A stretch of 33,272 nucleotides of DNA, taken from NCBI GenBank assembly GCA_038209745.1, contig JBBQXJ010000052.1:1-33272 (forward strand), given 5' to 3'. A program made the position numbers and the translations under genes. The notes beneath the pieces are model-generated. The model worked only from the letters and a program-made list of their open reading frames with translations. It was not told the DNA's origin and searched no databases. Source of the stretch: Verrucomicrobiota bacterium. Lineage in GTDB: Bacteria > Verrucomicrobiota > Verrucomicrobiia > Limisphaerales > CANJSG01. Positions 28,925-33,272 of this stretch are shown one piece after another (the stretch's first letter is position 1; every line of letters starts with the position of its first letter).

Positions 28925-29036
28925 ACAGAACTAAATGTTTGAACGGGTTCGAATCTGTCGGGTCTGTCAACCAAAGGCGTCATGCCCGGGTGTTCCGGAC
29001 AGGCGATCTGAGTTCCGAACAACCGATCGATCGTAT

Positions 29037-29348
29037 ATGAAAGTGTTCCCTCTCCTGGCGTTGACTTTGTCCTTGATTGGTGGCGTCGCGGCCTACGCGG
29101 CGGATCCTGTCCCGGCTCCCGCTCCGGCGCCGAAGCATGAGCGCAAGCCCTTGACTGCAGACCAGAAGGCTTTGATCAAGGAAATCACGGCCAAGTATGA
29201 CACCAACAAGGACGGCAAGCTGAGCCGCGAAGAGCGCGCCAAGATCTCCGCCGAAGACCAGGCCAAGATGGAAAAAGCCGGTCTCCCTGTCGGGGGCAAA
29301 AAAGCCAAGGCCAAGCCTCCGACCCCGGCTCCGGCCACGGACAAGTAA
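29037..29348 (+). CDS. Small secreted EF-hand protein
   Basis: Signal peptide MKVFPLLALTLSLIGGVAAYA, canonical EF-hand loop DTNKDGKLSREE, Pro/Ala/Lys-rich flanks; 103 aa. Confidence 0.85.
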   Translation: MKVFPLLALTLSLIGGVAAYAADPVPAPAPAPKHERKPLTADQKALIKEITAKYDTNKDGKLSREERAKISAEDQAKMEKAGLPVGGKKAKAKPPTPAPATDK

Positions 29349-29381
29349 CCCGCGCCGTCGCGACGGGAACGGCAACAACGA

Positions 29382-29422
29382 CTGCGGCATCCAAAGCTCC
29401 ATTTGGGTGCCGCAGCTCTTTT
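29382..29422 (+). terminator. Intrinsic terminator after the EF-hand gene
   Basis: CTGCGGCATCCAAA-GCTCCA-TTTGGGTGCCGCAG then CTCTTTT. Confidence 0.75.
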
Positions 29423-29511
29423 GTGGACCGAGTTCGCCCCTCCTTGGTTCTTGGCGGCGAGGATTCAATCTTGCAAGCGCCCGGGGCGTCTGCGACACGA
29501 AGGCTCTTCCA

Positions 29512-30363
29512 ATGAAAACACATCTCCTCGCCCTAGCCGGGTTGGTCGTGGCCCTCGGACTCCCTTCCACCGGAAGTTCCGCCGACGCGATCGAACCGAA
29601 CCACCAGCCCAAACCCGACGCCAAACTCGGCTACAAGGACACCGCCCTCGTGGCGGGCACCCAGTGGCACCAGCACGACGGCGATCGTCCACAGCCCAAG
29701 GTCGTCACGCCCGGCGCCACTTTCAGCGACATGGCTCCGCCTCCGTCCGACGCCGTGGTGCTCTTCGACGGCAAGGACCTTTCCAAGTGGGAAGGCGAGA
29801 AGGGCGGCGAAGCGAAGTGGAAGGTCGAAAACGGCTACGTCGAGACCACCAAGACCGGCCGGATCCACACCAAGGAACAGTTCGGCGACTTCCAGATGCA
29901 TCTCGAATTCGCCACGCCGGCCAAGGTCGAAGGAGACGGCCAGGGGCGCGGCAACAACGGGGTCAACATCTACGGCCGCTACGAGATCCAGGTGCTCGAC
30001 TCCTACAACAATCCGACCTATGCCGACGGCATGGTCGGCGCCATGTATGGCCAGTTCCCGCCCCTGGCCAACGTCGCCCGTCCTCCCGGCACTTGGCAGA
30101 CCTACGACATCGTCTTCCGTGCCGCCCGTTGGGACGCCGGCGGCAAACTGCAGACCAAGGCGATGGTCACGGTGATCTTCAACGGCGTGGTCATCCAGAA
30201 CGCCCAGGAATTCCTCGGCAACACCTCCTACCGCACCCCCGGCAACTACGACCACCCGATGCCGCCCAAGGGCCCGATCGAGCTCTACGAACACGGCAAC
30301 GCCGTCCGCTTCCGCAACATCTGGATTAGGGAATTGGGCGAATACGACAAACCGAAGGAGTGA
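29512..30363 (+). CDS. DUF1080 domain protein (3-keto-disaccharide hydrolase-like), secreted
   Basis: Signal peptide; VVLFDGKDLSKW, WKVENG, FGDFQMHLEF, GNNGV, YEIQVLDS, WQTYDI, HGNAVRFRNIWIREL. Confidence 0.92.
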   Translation: MKTHLLALAGLVVALGLPSTGSSADAIEPNHQPKPDAKLGYKDTALVAGTQWHQHDGDRPQPKVVTPGATFSDMAPPPSDAVVLFDGKDLSKWEGEKGGEAKWKVENGYVETTKTGRIHTKEQFGDFQMHLEFATPAKVEGDGQGRGNNGVNIYGRYEIQVLDSYNNPTYADGMVGAMYGQFPPLANVARPPGTWQTYDIVFRAARWDAGGKLQTKAMVTVIFNGVVIQNAQEFLGNTSYRTPGNYDHPMPPKGPIELYEHGNAVRFRNIWIRELGEYDKPKE

Positions 30364-30412
30364 AGGTCTCCGCAAAGAAGATAGAGTTTACAACCTGCTC
30401 CTCAATTGCCTT

Positions 30413-30790
30413 ATGGCTTACTTCATTGTTCTTGAGCGAAAGATCGAAGGCGTGGACTCCGAGATGGATGGTAAGGGACTGTCCCGGCACATTGAGTTGC
30501 TCGACTCAGCGGCTGTTCGGCTAGGAGTTCGTCCACTATCGGAATTCTGCAGCATTTCAGCCGAGTCGGCTCAAGATCTCTTGGGCGCTGACGGATTCGA
30601 AGATGGCGATTTTGAGTTGCCTCCACTTCAGCAGTTTTCAGCTCGCGAGGGGTTGGAGACCGTTAAAGCGCTCTTGGCTGACCGGCAGTTCCTCTCGGAA
30701 CATGTGATAGTGGATTTGCACGAGTGCGAACGGATCCTGACCGTGGCCGCCGACCGGGGAGTGGGTTGGCATTTTGAAATAGATATTTGA
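30413..30790 (+). CDS. Small acidic hypothetical protein
   Basis: A 125-aa ORF fills the gap between DUF1080 and the terminator. It has protein-like composition and more A/T at third codon positions than its neighbours. Confidence 0.75.
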   Translation: MAYFIVLERKIEGVDSEMDGKGLSRHIELLDSAAVRLGVRPLSEFCSISAESAQDLLGADGFEDGDFELPPLQQFSAREGLETVKALLADRQFLSEHVIVDLHECERILTVAADRGVGWHFEIDI

Positions 30791-30824
30791 GTGCGGATGT
30801 CTCGATTGTGGAAGCGTTCAGATG

Positions 30825-30864
30825 AAAAACACGGCGGAGAACTTTCTCCGCCGTGTTTCGTTTT
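30825..30864. terminator. Bidirectional intrinsic terminator
   Basis: Inverted repeat AAACACGGCGGAGAA / TTCTCCGCCGTGTTT, with an A-run on the left and T-runs on the right, between convergent genes. Confidence 0.88.
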
Positions 30865-30884
30865 CTGGATAGCCGCGCTCGGTC

Positions 30885-31940
30885 TTATTTCGCGCTGAAC
30901 GCGTAGATCGTCGTGGACTGGTAGATCTCTCCGGGACGTAGGACCACGCTGGGAAACCTCGGCTGGTTGATCGAGTCGGGGAAGTGCTGGGTCTCCAGGC
31001 AGAGGCCGCCGTGTTGGACATACTTCACCCCGCCGACGCCGGTGACCGGATTGACCGGATCCAGGAAATTGCCGGAATAGAACTGGATGCCGGGCTCGGT
31101 GGTGAGGACTTCCAGGATGCGTCCCGAAGCGGGCTCCGTCACGCGGGCCGCCAGGGTCAGCTTTTCGCCGCCACCGTTGATCACGAAGTTGTGGTCGTAG
31201 CCGGCGGGTTCGAGACCCGTTTCTTCGAGCCGGCTGCCGATGGGCGTGGGCGTGGTGAAATCGAGCGGCGAGCCTTTCACGAGCACGATTTCGCCGGTGG
31301 GAATCAGCCCGGTGTCGATCATGGTCACGTGGTCGCAGTCCAGGAACAGCACGTGGCTCCGGACGTCGCCCGTGCCGGCGAGGTTGAAGTAGCTGTGATT
31401 GGTGAGATTGACCGGCGTGGCCTGGTCGGTGGTGGCCCGGTAGTCGATCCGCAGTTCGCTCCTGGCGGTGAGCGTGTAGGTGACGGTGGTGGTGAGAGTG
31501 CCGGGATAGTTTTCTTCGCCGGCCGGGCTGGTGTAGGTGAGCTCGACCGACACGCCGTCGGCGGTCGCGGGCAGGGGCTTGGCGGACCAGAGCTTCTTGT
31601 CGAAACCGGCGACGCCGCCATGGAGGTGGTTCGGGCCGTTGTTGGTCGCGAGGGTGTGGTCGTGGCCATCGAGGGTGAACTTCCCCTTGGCGATGCGGTT
31701 GGCGACCCGGCCGGCGATGCAGCCGAAGAAGCGGCTCTCGGTCAGATACTGAGGCAGATTGTCGAACCCGAGCACGACGTTGCCCTGTTTGCCGCTGCGG
31801 TCCGGGGTGTGGATCTCGGTGACGGTCGCGCCGTAGTCGATGAGCTTCACGGTCATTCCGTGGGTGTTCTTGAGGGTGAAGAGGGTGACGGCGCGGCCAT
31901 CGGGCAACGTTCCGAACGGGGCGGTTTCCAGTGTGTTCAT
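30885..31940 (-). CDS. galM: Aldose 1-epimerase (galactose mutarotase)
   Basis: GRVANRIAKG, NNGPNHLHGG, NLTNHSYFNL, GYDHNF, TTEPGIQFYSGNFL, LCLETQHFPDS. Confidence 0.96.
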   Translation of the reverse strand: MNTLETAPFGTLPDGRAVTLFTLKNTHGMTVKLIDYGATVTEIHTPDRSGKQGNVVLGFDNLPQYLTESRFFGCIAGRVANRIAKGKFTLDGHDHTLATNNGPNHLHGGVAGFDKKLWSAKPLPATADGVSVELTYTSPAGEENYPGTLTTTVTYTLTARSELRIDYRATTDQATPVNLTNHSYFNLAGTGDVRSHVLFLDCDHVTMIDTGLIPTGEIVLVKGSPLDFTTPTPIGSRLEETGLEPAGYDHNFVINGGGEKLTLAARVTEPASGRILEVLTTEPGIQFYSGNFLDPVNPVTGVGGVKYVQHGGLCLETQHFPDSINQPRFPSVVLRPGEIYQSTTIYAFSAK

Positions 31941-32094
31941 CGTTTTAGGATGGTGAGCTTGGGACGAGCGGGCGGAGGCGGGCAAGACCAGGCTGCACGC
32001 GAGCGGGATCGAGTGGGCTTCCCCAGACAGGGGGCTTTTCAGGATGAGCGGGATGGTCCGGACTGGGGCGACCCTACAATCCAGATTCCCACCG

Positions 32095-33147
32095 ATGATC
32101 GCCTTTCCGATTCCCTCGTTTCTCCGGCCGCTCGTGGTCGTTTGCTTTGCCATTGCCTCCGTCGCTTCGGCGGCGGAGGCGGGGCCGATCCACACCGATC
32201 TCTTCGTGGCCGGCTCGGGAGCCTACCACACCTATCGCATCCCCTCGATCATCGCGACGCCGAAGGGGACCGTGCTGGCGTTCTGCGAGGGCCGGAAGAA
32301 GAACGCGGCGGACTCCGGCGACATCGACCTGCTCGTCCGACGTTCCATCGATGGCGGAATCACCTGGGGCCCGCAGGAAGTGATCTGGGACGACGGCGAC
32401 AATGTCTGCGGAAACCCGACTCCGGTGGTCGATGCCGATTCGGGGACGATCTTCCTGCTGTTGAACTGGAATCTGGGCGAGGACACCGAGCAGGAGATCG
32501 TGACCGGCAAGAGCAAGGACACCCGGAGAGTGTTCCTGTCCCGCAGCGTGGACGACGGTGCCACCTGGTCCAAACCCGCCGACATTACTTCGGCCGTGAA
32601 ACGGCCCGAGTGGCGCACCTATGCCAACGGTCCCGGCAACGGCATCCAGCTCACGCGGGGGCCGCATCGCGGACGGCTGGTCATTCCGGCGAACCACACC
32701 GGACCGGGAGCGACGTCGCCAGCCATGTCGCATTCCCATGTGTTCTACTCCGACGACCATGGCGCGACCTGGCATCTCGGCGGCGAAGCGGAGGAGGCCA
32801 CCAACGAATCGACCGTCGCCGAACTCGCGGACGGTTCGCTTCTGCTGAACATGCGCTCCTATCTGGGGAAGAACCGCCGTTCGGTCGCCACCAGCAAAAA
32901 CGGCGGTCAGACCTGGTCCTCCGTGCGATCCGACCCGGCGCTGATCGAGCCCGTGTGTGAGGGAAGTTTGATCCGGTTCTCCTGGCCGGAAGGCGGTCAG
33001 CCAAGTCGCTTGCTCTTCAGCAATCCCGCGAGCAAGAAGAGGGAGAAGCTGACGGTGCGATTGAGCTCCGACGAGGGCGCCACCTGGTCGGCAAGCAGGC
33101 AACTGGTTGCCGGTCCAGCGGCCTATTCCTCCCTAGGGAACCGCTGA
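32095..33147 (+). pseudogene. Exo-alpha-sialidase (GH33, BNR/Asp-box), C-terminally truncated by IS insertion
   Basis: Signal peptide, YRIP motif and five Asp boxes (SIDGGITW, SVDDGATW, SDDHGATW, SKNGGQTW, SSDEGATW). The ORF stops right after AAYSSL; the terminal GNR* is read from IS sequence. Confidence 0.85.
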
Positions 33148-33272
33148 TTTAATCGCGCTCCCACGGAAAGCGAGCTGACGCGGGAGGAGCGTTGGGGGAG
33201 GATGGTGGGCATGGAAGCACAGAGGAGTTTCGCGGAGGCGGAGTTCATGGCGAAGAAGAAGACCACGCGGCG
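33137..33272 (+). mobile_element. Left end of an IS5-family insertion sequence
   Basis: CTAG target (33133-33136) immediately followed by the IR-like GGAACCGCTGATTTA, then an IS5-type transposase N-terminus. Confidence 0.85.
33211..33272 (+). CDS. IS5-family transposase, 5' fragment (runs off window)
   Basis: MEAQRSFAEAEFMAKKKTTR resembles the IS5-group N-terminus (Q.SFA.AE...K.K.TRR). A GGAGG SD lies upstream. Confidence 0.82.
   Translation, partial: MEAQRSFAEAEFMAKKKTTR

Noticed and set aside
28943..28960. GGGTTCGAATC resembling a tRNA T-loop
   Set aside because: The flanks do not form a proper T-stem, and there is no acceptor, D or anticodon arm or CCA end.

Overview
GC-rich bacterial chromosomal window. 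The gene content (DUF1501, DUF1080, a PEP-CTERM protein, an Ig-repeat exoprotein ending in FFRVVV) suggests Verrucomicrobiota/PVC; this is an inference. From left to right: (1) the tail of a defence-type locus, comprising an AT-richer unknown ORF translationally coupled to a DUF1848 radical-SAM-like Fe-S protein with a C-terminal QLGLF clamp-binding-like motif, then type I restriction subunit HsdR, closed by a REP-like palindromic element; (2) typA, a polyprenyl synthetase, a secreted helical protein, a ~178-bp MITE-like element, DUF1501 and a 1041-aa Ig-repeat surface protein; (3) an MFS transporter and Uup-like ABC-F pair preceded by an unannotated 54-codon leader ORF with mutually exclusive helices and an intrinsic terminator, i.e. 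a candidate ribosome-controlled attenuator and the most interesting signal here; (4) a PagL-like deacylase, an RND pump with its adaptor, cysE, a PEP-CTERM trypsin-like protease, and lpxK/lipid A acyltransferase/waaF, where waaF carries an intragenic (GGCATCC)4 heptamer tract; (5) an EF-hand protein, DUF1080, an AT-richer small acidic ORF, galM, and a sialidase truncated by an IS5-family element inserted at CTAG at the right edge. No rRNA, tRNA or CRISPR array was seen. All family calls come from motif recognition, not database searches.
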